In this document: positions 30,419-39,124 of the stretch, one piece after another | How the letters are laid out: the number at the start of each line of letters is the position of its first letter | Position numbering within the stretch: position 1 is the stretch's first letter | DNA from: Clostridiales bacterium | GTDB taxonomy: Bacteria; Bacillota; Clostridia; Monoglobales; JAIRYP01 | DNA: 64,000 nt | Direction of reading: 5' to 3' | Assembly: GCA_031267755.1 (NCBI GenBank) | Contig: JAIRYP010000011.1 | Coordinates: 128,761-192,760 of the forward strand | Program-made: the position numbers and the translations under genes | Notes under the pieces: generated by a model | What the model was told of the DNA's origin: nothing | The model's database searches: none | What the model saw: the letters and a program-made list of their open reading frames with translations, nothing else

Positions 30419-33055
30419 TTGGCATTTGGATTAAAAAACGTCATTGAAGCGTTTATTGGAACTTGTAGTGATAGAAGATTAAAAGAAATCCGACCTATCT
30501 GTGACAGCATTATTCTAACAAAAGACAAAATGATAAATTTATCGGAAAGTGAAATTCGCGAAAAAACAAACAAATTCAAGGAAGCCATTAAAGAAAAAAC
30601 TAAAAGCAATAATTTAATTATTGAAGCTTTTGTTTTGATCATGGAAGTAATAAAAAGAAATTTAAACATAAATCCATTTAAAGTACAGATTATGGGCGCA
30701 TTAATACTTGATCAAGGCGGAATTGCTGAAATGAAAACAGGAGAAGGCAAAACACTCGTTGCTGTTATGGCGGCATATGTCAACGCCTTAAACGAAAATG
30801 GTGTTCACATCGTTACAGTCAATGATTATTTAGCAAAACGTGATAAGGAATGGATGGAAAAAGTTTACGTTTATTCAGGACTTAGCGTTGATTGCATTTT
30901 GCACGAAATGAACGATAATGAAAGAAAAGAAAAATATACCAAAGATGTAATATATGCAACCAACAATGAACTTGGTTTTGATTACCTTCGCGATAACATG
31001 GTAATTCGTAAAGAAGATCGAGTGCAAAAAAAACTAAATTTTGCAATAATTGATGAAGTAGACAGCATTCTAATAGATGAAGCTAGAACTCCTCTCATCA
31101 TTTCTGGAAAAGGAGAAAAATCTACAGAAACTTACAATAATGTTGAAAAATTTGTTTGTAAATTAAAACATATAACAATTGCAGAAAATGATGATAAAGA
31201 AGATTCCGATGAAAAATTTAAAAAATATGATTACATAGTTGAGGAAAAAGCTAAAACTTCAACATTAACTGAAAGCGGAGTAAAAAAAGTTGAAGATTTT
31301 TTTGGATTAAAAAACCTTTCTGATATCTCCAATATGACTTTGTCTCATCATATCAATCAAGCAATTAAGGCGCACGGAAACATGAAAAGAGACATCGATT
31401 ATGTTGTCAAAAATGGAGAAATTTGGATCGTTGATGAATTTACAGGAAGAATTATGCAAGGAAGGCGTTATAGTGACGGTTTACATCAAGCAATTGAAGC
31501 AAAAGAAAAAGTTAAAGTGCGAAACGAAAGTAAAGTTCTTGCAACAATTACATTTCAAAACTATTTTAGGCTATACAAAAAATTATCAGGAATGACAGGC
31601 ACCGCACATACTGAAGAAAATGAATTTCAAGAGATATATCATCTTGACGTTGTAAAAATTCCAACGAATAAACCACTCATAAGGTTTGACAAACCCGATG
31701 TAATATATAAAACGGAAAAAGCAAAATTTAAAGCAGTTGCTGAAAAAACTGAAAAAATACACAAAACTGGCCAACCTTTGCTCGTTGGCACAGTTTCAAT
31801 AGAAAAATCCGAATTGTTGAGTAACATGCTTAAAAAACGCGGAATTAGACATAATGTATTAAACGCTAAATTCCACGAAAAGGAAGCTGAAATAATTGCA
31901 CAAGCAGGAAAAAAATTTGCTGTAACGATAGCAACAAATATGGCGGGACGCGGAACTGATATAATTCTTGGTGGAAATGCTGAATTTATGGCAAAAAAAG
32001 AAATGAAAAGATTGGGTTTTTCAAACGACACTATCTCACTTTGCACAAGCTTCGTCGAGATAAAAGATAAAGAAATATTAAATGCAAAAGAAAAATTTAA
32101 TAATCTACTTAAATATTTTGAAGAGCAAACAAATAAAGAACAAGAAGAAATAAAAAAACTCGGTGGTCTTTACATAATTGGCACAGAGCGTCACGAAAGT
32201 CGAAGAATTGATAATCAACTTCGAGGTCGTTCCGGCAGACAAGGTGACCCGGGTTATTCAAGATTTTATCTATCTCTCGAAGACAATTTGATGCGTTTAT
32301 TTGGTTCTCAAAAAATTGCAAATGTTATGAATATGCTCAAAATGAATGACGATGAAGCAATTGAAAGCAAAATGGTTTCAAACGCCATAGAAAATGCCCA
32401 AAAAAAAGTTGAATCACATAATTTTGATATTAGAAAACATGTAATTCAATACGATGACGTGAATAATCAACAAAGAGAAATTATATATAAACAGCGCAAT
32501 GTAGTTTTGAATGGCAAAAATATAAAAGAAAATATTGTAAATATATTTGATAATCTAATAGAAAAAATTTTAAATTTATTCATCTTCGATAATCAAAAAC
32601 CTAAAAATTGGAATTGGATTGAAATGCGTAAATATTTTGAAGAGATTTTTTTTGTAACATCAGAAAAAGAATTTAAGCCAGAAAATTATGATTTTAAGAA
32701 AAAAACAATGAATAGAAATATTCTAAAAGAAAACTTAATGAAAATTGTTAAAGAAAAATATGAAGAAAGAGAAAAAATGTTTGGAGAAAAAATAAGAGAA
32801 ATTGAAAGAATTATTCTACTTCATGCTGTTGATGAAAAATGGATAGAACACATTGATAATATGGAACAACTTAAACACGGAATACATCTTCAAAGCTATG
32901 CCCAAAAAGACCCCATAGTCGAATATAAATTTGAAGGAATGAAAATGTTTAACGAAATGGTTGAATCCATAAAAGAAAATACAGTAAAATGTTTATTCAA
33001 CTTTAAAATTGACGAACATTCATCAACCTTAAATTTAACAAATTATATAATCTAA
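30419..33055 (+). CDS. secA: preprotein translocase ATPase SecA
   Basis: 878 aa (TTG start) with Walker A MKTGEGKTLVAVMAAY, the DEAD-like box IIDEVDSILIDEARTPLIISG and TNMAGRGTDI. There is no C-terminal Cys-rich zinc tail. Confidence 0.97.
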   Translation: MAFGLKNVIEAFIGTCSDRRLKEIRPICDSIILTKDKMINLSESEIREKTNKFKEAIKEKTKSNNLIIEAFVLIMEVIKRNLNINPFKVQIMGALILDQGGIAEMKTGEGKTLVAVMAAYVNALNENGVHIVTVNDYLAKRDKEWMEKVYVYSGLSVDCILHEMNDNERKEKYTKDVIYATNNELGFDYLRDNMVIRKEDRVQKKLNFAIIDEVDSILIDEARTPLIISGKGEKSTETYNNVEKFVCKLKHITIAENDDKEDSDEKFKKYDYIVEEKAKTSTLTESGVKKVEDFFGLKNLSDISNMTLSHHINQAIKAHGNMKRDIDYVVKNGEIWIVDEFTGRIMQGRRYSDGLHQAIEAKEKVKVRNESKVLATITFQNYFRLYKKLSGMTGTAHTEENEFQEIYHLDVVKIPTNKPLIRFDKPDVIYKTEKAKFKAVAEKTEKIHKTGQPLLVGTVSIEKSELLSNMLKKRGIRHNVLNAKFHEKEAEIIAQAGKKFAVTIATNMAGRGTDIILGGNAEFMAKKEMKRLGFSNDTISLCTSFVEIKDKEILNAKEKFNNLLKYFEEQTNKEQEEIKKLGGLYIIGTERHESRRIDNQLRGRSGRQGDPGYSRFYLSLEDNLMRLFGSQKIANVMNMLKMNDDEAIESKMVSNAIENAQKKVESHNFDIRKHVIQYDDVNNQQREIIYKQRNVVLNGKNIKENIVNIFDNLIEKILNLFIFDNQKPKNWNWIEMRKYFEEIFFVTSEKEFKPENYDFKKKTMNRNILKENLMKIVKEKYEEREKMFGEKIREIERIILLHAVDEKWIEHIDNMEQLKHGIHLQSYAQKDPIVEYKFEGMKMFNEMVESIKENTVKCLFNFKIDEHSSTLNLTNYII

Positions 33056-33242
33056 ATAAATAACGAATAAAAATAATTTCTATGTATAAGAAAACGAAAA
33101 AACTTAGACACCGTTGCATTAATAAATTGATTTTTAAATATCTCTCAAACCACAAAAAATTAAAATTACTTGAGAAAATAGCAAACAATATTAATGGCAA
33201 CAACTTATACTTTTTATTTTTAATTTATTTTTTAAATTTAAA

Positions 33243-35444
33243 CTATTTTTGATTAGAATGATCGAAAGTCTTTTCTTTCTTTTCAACCTGTTTTTCAAAA
33301 TCTTCAGACGATTGAAAAGTTGAATGTTCTGTAACTTTTTCTCGATCTTGCACCGCAGTGGAACTTTCACTTCTTGAATGGAAAGGTGGTAAATGTTTTA
33401 GGGGATAAAAATCCTCATTTCCTTTTAATTTTATTGGTTTCTCAAAAACAGCATCTGGATATCTACAGTGATTATAGTATGGAGCAAGAAAAAATATATG
33501 CAATAAACCGCTTCTAAAAAATAAATAAATAGCTTGAAAAAAAATATATATTTTGCTTCTTTTAAGCCCATCGCGTTCAAGTATTTTAATCATAGCCTTA
33601 ACTTTTATTTTCTTTTTTTCCTTTGAATCTAACACTTCATGTAAGGACCGCTTGCCCTCTTCACTTAATTTAATTTTTTCAGCTTTGAGTAACGCTAACA
33701 AAAAAAGCAACTGTTCCTCATAAGCGTTTAAACGTCGAGTCGTCATATATTTTTTTTCCGCAAAATCATTCAAACGTTTATTAAAAGAATCTTTTTCTTC
33801 TTCTACTTTGCCTTCTACTTCTTTACCTTCTTCGTTTTCTTCTTCTACTTCTTTTTCTTCTTCTACTTCTTCTACTTCTTTACCTTCTTCGTTTTCTTCT
33901 TCTACTTCTTTTTCTTCTTCTACTTCTTCTACTTCTTTACCTTCTTCGTTTTCTTCTTCTACTTCTTTTTCTTCTTCTACTTCTTTTTCCTCTTTTTCTT
34001 CTTTTTCTTTTTGAAGAATCCTCTCATAAAATTTCTCAACATTTTGATCGAAATTTGAATAATCCAATAGATGTATATTATAACCATATTCATCCATATA
34101 AAAAGATACTTTTTCTTTAAAATCTGATAATTGTTTCAATAATCCAGGTTCTCGATCTCCACTTTTTTTAAACTTTTCAACTATTTTATAAACTTTTGGG
34201 CTTCCAAAAAACGCAAAATTTAAAATAATTCTTTCTCTAAAATTTAATTTTTTTTCTATAGTTAAATCAACAGAAAATCCAAAAGGAAGCCACATATTTC
34301 CATTTTGCCACAAACCTACAATACAAGCCTCTTTAAGCGCTTGTTTAAAATAAATATGTTTAAATTCTCTTTTAGAACAAATATTAAACTTCCTAATTAA
34401 CATCTGAACAAATTCCGAAGGCTTTTTATTTTTTTCACAAAAATCAGTTAAAGTGAGTGCTGGAACTAAAACAAGAGCACCTAAATCTTGAGAAGAACAA
34501 GAATCACTTTCAAGAGGTTCAATACAATCAAGTAAACGTAAAACTCGATTATCAAAGACCTCATTAAACTCTATTGTTTCAGTACAATTTGGAATTGCAA
34601 AATAACCTAAAAAAAAGAAAAAGAAAATTTTACTTGCATCATTAAAAGAACTAACTCGACCTAAAACATTTTGTGAAAAACCTAATTTCTCTAAATCATA
34701 AAAATTTTCATTACCAACTCCGCCACAAATAATTGATTGATGCAAAATATATAAAATATCATTTTTCAATTCTGGAGTTAAACTAGACATTGGCGTAATT
34801 TGTTTTTTTAAATCTTCAAAACTTTTTGACAAATTAATAGGAAAACTCATACAAGTCTGCAAAGATTGTTTATGATTTGAAATGCGACAATGCCGAATTC
34901 TAAAAATTTTAGTTATTGCAGCATAATTATATTTGTCAATATAATCAAAACTACTAAAATACTCAATAAAACGTTCAAAATATTTTAAACCTAAACCTTC
35001 GCGCTCATCAAAACAACGAGATTCAAAAATAATATTTTCCACATTGCTCAATAATTCTTCTTTTTGACTTGGATTCAAAGAATTATAATTCAGTCCACTA
35101 GTTAAAATAATTAAGGTACAAACAAATTTAATAAACCTATCTGGTTCTGTTGTAAATAAAATAACAGATTTACAAAATCTTTCTTCTTTAAATAATTCTA
35201 AAATAATGATTTTTAAAACTTCACTATTCTCGACAAATGGATATCCATAATTTTGTGAAATAAAACTAGAAATTTCTTCTAAAATATTCCAAAATTTTTC
35301 TATGTTAGAATCAGAAATATAATATTCTTTTGGTGGTTTATTAAAATCAACACCCACAAATGAATCATTTACTATTTCTCTTACTTCATTAATCTCATCT
35401 TGAAATTTACTACCTGATTCGCTAATAAGTTCAATTAAATTCAT
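33243..35444 (-). CDS. hypothetical protein with acidic tandem repeat; divergent fourth member of family C
   Basis: 733-aa ORF. Its C-terminal block EEQLLFLLALLKAEKIKLSEEGKRSLHEVL parallels LTFSLVALAFLLAYPSDKIILNREYKSLDAF (member 3) and IEIIGLSIFIAYLPDEKISRRDSKNIHDLL (member 1). An acidic linker sits at the same relative position. Confidence 0.65.
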   Translation of the reverse strand: MNLIELISESGSKFQDEINEVREIVNDSFVGVDFNKPPKEYYISDSNIEKFWNILEEISSFISQNYGYPFVENSEVLKIIILELFKEERFCKSVILFTTEPDRFIKFVCTLIILTSGLNYNSLNPSQKEELLSNVENIIFESRCFDEREGLGLKYFERFIEYFSSFDYIDKYNYAAITKIFRIRHCRISNHKQSLQTCMSFPINLSKSFEDLKKQITPMSSLTPELKNDILYILHQSIICGGVGNENFYDLEKLGFSQNVLGRVSSFNDASKIFFFFFLGYFAIPNCTETIEFNEVFDNRVLRLLDCIEPLESDSCSSQDLGALVLVPALTLTDFCEKNKKPSEFVQMLIRKFNICSKREFKHIYFKQALKEACIVGLWQNGNMWLPFGFSVDLTIEKKLNFRERIILNFAFFGSPKVYKIVEKFKKSGDREPGLLKQLSDFKEKVSFYMDEYGYNIHLLDYSNFDQNVEKFYERILQKEKEEKEEKEVEEEKEVEEENEEGKEVEEVEEEKEVEEENEEGKEVEEVEEEKEVEEENEEGKEVEGKVEEEKDSFNKRLNDFAEKKYMTTRRLNAYEEQLLFLLALLKAEKIKLSEEGKRSLHEVLDSKEKKKIKVKAMIKILERDGLKRSKIYIFFQAIYLFFRSGLLHIFFLAPYYNHCRYPDAVFEKPIKLKGNEDFYPLKHLPPFHSRSESSTAVQDREKVTEHSTFQSSEDFEKQVEKKEKTFDHSNQK
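33811..33981 (-). repeat. 3 x 57-bp in-frame tandem repeat encoding (EEEKEVEEENEEGKEVEEV)3
   Basis: By direct comparison, units 33868-33924 and 33925-33981 are identical. Unit 33811-33867 differs only at its first base. The period of 57 bp equals 19 codons. Confidence 0.9.
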
Positions 35445-35683
35445 TCTCTAAGATTCCTTTGCTTAAAACAAATATGAATATTAAAACAATTATTATTATG
35501 TAGAAAAAATAAAATAATTAAAAGTATTTATTGAATTATTTTTGCTCAAAAAATCTAAATTAATGAATAAATAATTGAATTTTTTACCACACTATTACTG
35601 TAAATTAAGTCTTAGAAACTTAAATTTATATTTGTTTAAAAATTCAAATGTTAGTTTAAAACGAACGTAAGGGGATGATTAAT

Positions 35684-36229
35684 ATGAAAGCCACGGGAAT
35701 AGTGCGAAAAATTGACAATTTAGGTAGAGTTGTAATACCCAAAGAAATTAGATCAACAATGAAAATACGCGAAGGTGATCCACTCGAAATATATACAGAT
35801 AGAAATAATGAGGTAATATTTAAAAAATATTCATTGATCGGTGAGCTTGGAATCTTTGCCGAGCAATATACCGAAAGTTTAGCAAAAGTTTCGCAATTTC
35901 CAGTTTGCATAAGCGACAGAGATGTTTTAATTGCTTGCAATGGAATTTCAAACAAAAATCTGATAATAGGCAAAAGAATTTCCAAAGAAATTGAAGATTA
36001 TATAGAAACAAAAACTTTATCTATAATAAAAAAAGAAGAAAAAGTTCCGCTTTTACTTGAAGACAATCAAAAATATAAAATTGCGGCAATTGCTTCAATA
36101 ATTTTCGAAAATGAACCAATTGGATCAGTACTACTTCTTGAAAACTCAAAAAACAAAAAAGATGTTGAAGAATCAGATATGAAACTTATTGAGGTTGCTT
36201 CAATTTTTCTATCAAAGGTCGCAAATTAA
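35684..36229 (+). CDS. spoVT: stage V sporulation protein T (AbrB-type DNA-binding domain plus GAF-like domain)
   Basis: MKATGIVRKIDNLGRVVIPKEIRSTMKIREGDPLEIY is the SpoVT/AbrB swapped-hairpin domain. The length of about 181 aa fits SpoVT rather than AbrB. The ATG at 35684 is better spaced from AAGGGG than the track's ATG at 35675. Confidence 0.85.
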   Translation: MKATGIVRKIDNLGRVVIPKEIRSTMKIREGDPLEIYTDRNNEVIFKKYSLIGELGIFAEQYTESLAKVSQFPVCISDRDVLIACNGISNKNLIIGKRISKEIEDYIETKTLSIIKKEEKVPLLLEDNQKYKIAAIASIIFENEPIGSVLLLENSKNKKDVEESDMKLIEVASIFLSKVAN

Positions 36230-36307
36230 GTAAAATAATAATAACCGTAAATTAAAAAATTTTAAAAACGTTTGAAAAATTTTATAGAACGTAATCAAAA
36301 ATAAATA

Positions 36308-36324
36308 GTCGCCTGAGAGGCGAC
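36308..36324. terminator. bidirectional rho-independent terminator between convergent spoVT and 36358-37617
   Basis: Perfect 7-bp stem GTCGCCT/AGGCGAC with a 3-nt loop (GAG). It is flanked by an A-rich run upstream and a T-rich run downstream (ACATTTATTTAATTTTT). Confidence 0.6.
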
Positions 36325-36357
36325 ACATTTATTTAATTTTTAATTATAGAATCAAAA

Positions 36358-37617
36358 TTATTTCCCCGGAACAGTTGCTTTTTTAGGAGCAGGGGCTTTA
36401 GCTTTAGGAGGCATTGCATTAGGCGGCGTAATCGGGGTAGATTGACGATATAATTCTACTTCGTTTTCTTGTTTTTGAGTTATTGCATCCTTAGCATGAA
36501 TAACTAAATCACTAATTTTTTCTTCGTCAATGTGTGGCAAGTTTGCATCCACATGCTTTTTTGCAAGAAATTCAAGTGCGCTGTGATCGCCATTTTTTGC
36601 TTTTTCCATATTAATTTGTATTTCTTTCAATTTTGCTTCTAATTCTTTTAATCTTTTCGAACAAGTATCTGCGCAAATGTCAAGCTCGTCTTTAATTATT
36701 TTGGTAAGATTACGAAAATCTTCTATTGATTTTTCATACATTTTTTTAACGAGTTCTTTCCTAAAATCTTTCGAAGAATCAGGAAAAGCGTTTTTAACTA
36801 ACCGTCCTAAATTCTTCTCCAATTCGTGAGACGTTTCAATCAATTGATTATAAAACTTTTCTCCTAGCTTACCTAAAGATTTAAAATATCTCAAAACCTT
36901 TATAATTTCTGTTGAAACAACACTTAACTCTTTACCTCCTCTTTTTAATTTTTCAACATATTCTATTGCCTTATCAATAGCTTCATCAAATGACACCGTT
37001 TTTTCTGACGACATTTTATCTGATGCTAATTCAACTGGCAATGATTCGTTCGCTGAGAATGAGTCAAGCGTTAGTTTCTCTGGCGAAGAAATTTTGGAGG
37101 ATGAATCGAGCATTGGTTTTTCTGATGAAAAATCATTCGATAAATCGGGCGAAATTGTAAACGATGAAGTTTCTAAAACTGGTAAAGTTCCTGAGCCTTC
37201 AGGGTCTTTATAATCTTCTGGCTCTGAAATTGTTAAATTGGGATTCGACGCCTCAGTGGTTTCTGTTTGACTAGTTTTAACTACTCCTAATGCATCATTC
37301 TCTGGTAATTTTTCTAAATTTTCTTCTTTAATTTTTGTAGCATCAATTTCTTTTACTTTTTCTCTCTCTTGATTTATTTTCTTTTTTATTTTTTCAAATT
37401 TACTGTAATTTTCGAAAAATAAAAAATCTTTTTCAAAAGAATGCAAAATCAATAAAATAATCAAAATAGGTGTAAAAAACAAACAAATAATAAATTGAAA
37501 TATCATTTTGTAAAAAATTTTATTTTGCTGTTTGATTAATTCTTTTATGTTTTCGGTATCATCAGAATGTTTTTCAATCTTTTTAAAATCAATCATGTTT
37601 TTCACCACCTGAAACAA
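36358..37617 (-). CDS. hypothetical single-pass membrane coiled-coil protein, KKATV[PH]GK-tail family (type A, copy 1)
   Basis: 419 aa. The N-terminus KKIEKHSDDTENIKELIKQQNKIFYKMIFQFIICLFFTPILIILLIL is near-collinear with 40233-41417. A Ser/Glu/Pro-rich linker is followed by a helical C-domain ending PPNAMPPKAKAPAPKKATVPGK. Confidence 0.75.
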   Translation of the reverse strand: MFQVVKNMIDFKKIEKHSDDTENIKELIKQQNKIFYKMIFQFIICLFFTPILIILLILHSFEKDFLFFENYSKFEKIKKKINQEREKVKEIDATKIKEENLEKLPENDALGVVKTSQTETTEASNPNLTISEPEDYKDPEGSGTLPVLETSSFTISPDLSNDFSSEKPMLDSSSKISSPEKLTLDSFSANESLPVELASDKMSSEKTVSFDEAIDKAIEYVEKLKRGGKELSVVSTEIIKVLRYFKSLGKLGEKFYNQLIETSHELEKNLGRLVKNAFPDSSKDFRKELVKKMYEKSIEDFRNLTKIIKDELDICADTCSKRLKELEAKLKEIQINMEKAKNGDHSALEFLAKKHVDANLPHIDEEKISDLVIHAKDAITQKQENEVELYRQSTPITPPNAMPPKAKAPAPKKATVPGK

Positions 37618-37711
37618 TTTTAAAAAATATAACGATTATTTTAAACAATTTTTTTAAAATAATCAATGATATTTTTTTAATAAATTAAGTTTATTTGTGA
37701 AGTTAAAATTT

Positions 37712-38911
37712 TTATTTTCCGTGTACAGTTGCTTTTTTGGGCGCAGGGACTTCAGCTTTAGGAGGCATTGCATTAGGCGGCAACATTGCAGCCGCTTGCT
37801 TAGGTGGGATTGGGTGATATATTGCTTCTTGAGTATCTATTTTCTTTTTTAAATCGGCTTCTACTTGACTGACAAATTTATTAGCGCTATCTACAAAATG
37901 CTGTTTTAGCGAAGTTAAGGTCGCGTCTGAAATTTCTGGGCAAGGAATCGGCTTCGCTTGAGCAATAAAAGAAGTTGCTTCTTCATCGCCTCCAACAGCT
38001 TCAACGAGTTTTTTGCCTATAAGTTCATCCTGAGCCTGCTTTTCTTCTAAATATTTTGTTAATGGCACTTGTGCTTTTTTATATGTATCTGTCATCGAAT
38101 CAAAAATTGAAGTAAGACCTCCAACTAAATTACTATTATTTTCTACAATCAATCCAGTCTTAACTGTCTCAGGCAAAGGAGCCTCTGTTATCAATTTTGA
38201 AGTTTTAACGCCGCCTTCTTGTAATACATGTTTTACATCATCTAAAGTTCCTCCATACCAAACATCTAATTTTCCCGAACTTGATACTCCCTTACTTCCT
38301 TCGTTAGAACTTCCCTTTTGAAAAATTCCAAAAAAATGTTTTGCATTGTTTGCATTTGTCTGTATGCGCTGTTGCTCATCAACTTCACGCTTTCGTTCAA
38401 CAGCCTTACATTTCTCTTTAATACCTTCTAACAACCCTTTATATCTCTGCCACCCTTTTCTAAATCTTTCTAATTCTGCAATTTCTCCATCCAATCTTGA
38501 TCTTTCATCTTCAGCATTACTTTTCTGTACAGCACGCGAAATACCTCCACCGATAGCACCAGCCAACAAACCAATGCCTGCACCAACTGCTGTTCCTACT
38601 AAAGGAATTGGAAAACTTGTACCAATTGCAGCACCAACACCTGCTCCTGTGGCTGCCCCAGCACCTGCACCAGCAACACCTCCTGCTACAGGTCTTGTTA
38701 CATTTCCCTTGATTATCCCGTCTTGGTCTTCTACCAAAACCCTAAAATCTCTTATACACTCTTCGATTTTCGTAATTAAAGCACTAGCACTCTCTAAATG
38801 TCTTTCCAACTCATCTTCTGTAAAACCTCGCGCAGTGTATTCACCAACAATTTCACCTGATCCCACTTCTCTTTTCATACGCTCCATTTCGTCTCGCGCA
38901 GTTGCTGCCAT
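37712..38911 (-). CDS. hypothetical glycine-zipper membrane protein, KKATV[PH]GK-tail family (type B, intact copy)
   Basis: 399 aa with the Gly/Ala zipper segment AGGVAGAGAGAATGAGVGAAIGTSFPIPLVGTAVGAGIGLLAGAIGGGI, followed by coiled coil. The C-terminus is PPNAMPPKAEVPAPKKATVHGK. Its DNA is much GC-richer than its neighbours: my counts are 60/130 for 38781-38910 and 62/120 for 38581-38700, against 25/120 for 39181-39300. Confidence 0.8.
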   Translation of the reverse strand: MAATARDEMERMKREVGSGEIVGEYTARGFTEDELERHLESASALITKIEECIRDFRVLVEDQDGIIKGNVTRPVAGGVAGAGAGAATGAGVGAAIGTSFPIPLVGTAVGAGIGLLAGAIGGGISRAVQKSNAEDERSRLDGEIAELERFRKGWQRYKGLLEGIKEKCKAVERKREVDEQQRIQTNANNAKHFFGIFQKGSSNEGSKGVSSSGKLDVWYGGTLDDVKHVLQEGGVKTSKLITEAPLPETVKTGLIVENNSNLVGGLTSIFDSMTDTYKKAQVPLTKYLEEKQAQDELIGKKLVEAVGGDEEATSFIAQAKPIPCPEISDATLTSLKQHFVDSANKFVSQVEADLKKKIDTQEAIYHPIPPKQAAAMLPPNAMPPKAEVPAPKKATVHGK

Positions 38912-39124
38912 TTTTAACTCCTTCTGAGATTATGATTGATTTTAAATTGTTCTAACAAAGATGCTTATACTGCAAAATAAAAAATTTTAAATAAAATTTT
39001 TGAAAATATATTAATAAACTTTTAAAACTATAATTAAAATACTTTGTAAAAAATTTATAATTGTTTTTCATTAATTAATTGTGTTATCATTATGTAATTC
39101 ATATTTTTAATAAAGGACGAAATA

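Noticed and set aside
33808-34014. 68-aa plus-strand ORF (SSTSFSSS repeats) and a possible CRISPR-like repeat array
   Set aside because: It is the reverse complement of the acidic 57-bp coding repeat. The units are contiguous with no unique spacers and sit in frame inside a 733-aa ORF, so this is not a CRISPR array or a separate gene.
38346-38927. 193-aa plus-strand ORF (Pro/Ala/Ser-rich) overlapping 37712-38911
   Set aside because: It is the antisense shadow of the GC-rich Gly/Ala-zipper gene. GC-rich Gly/Ala codons read in reverse give long open Pro/Ala/Ser frames. It has no RBS, and the minus-strand gene has paralog support.
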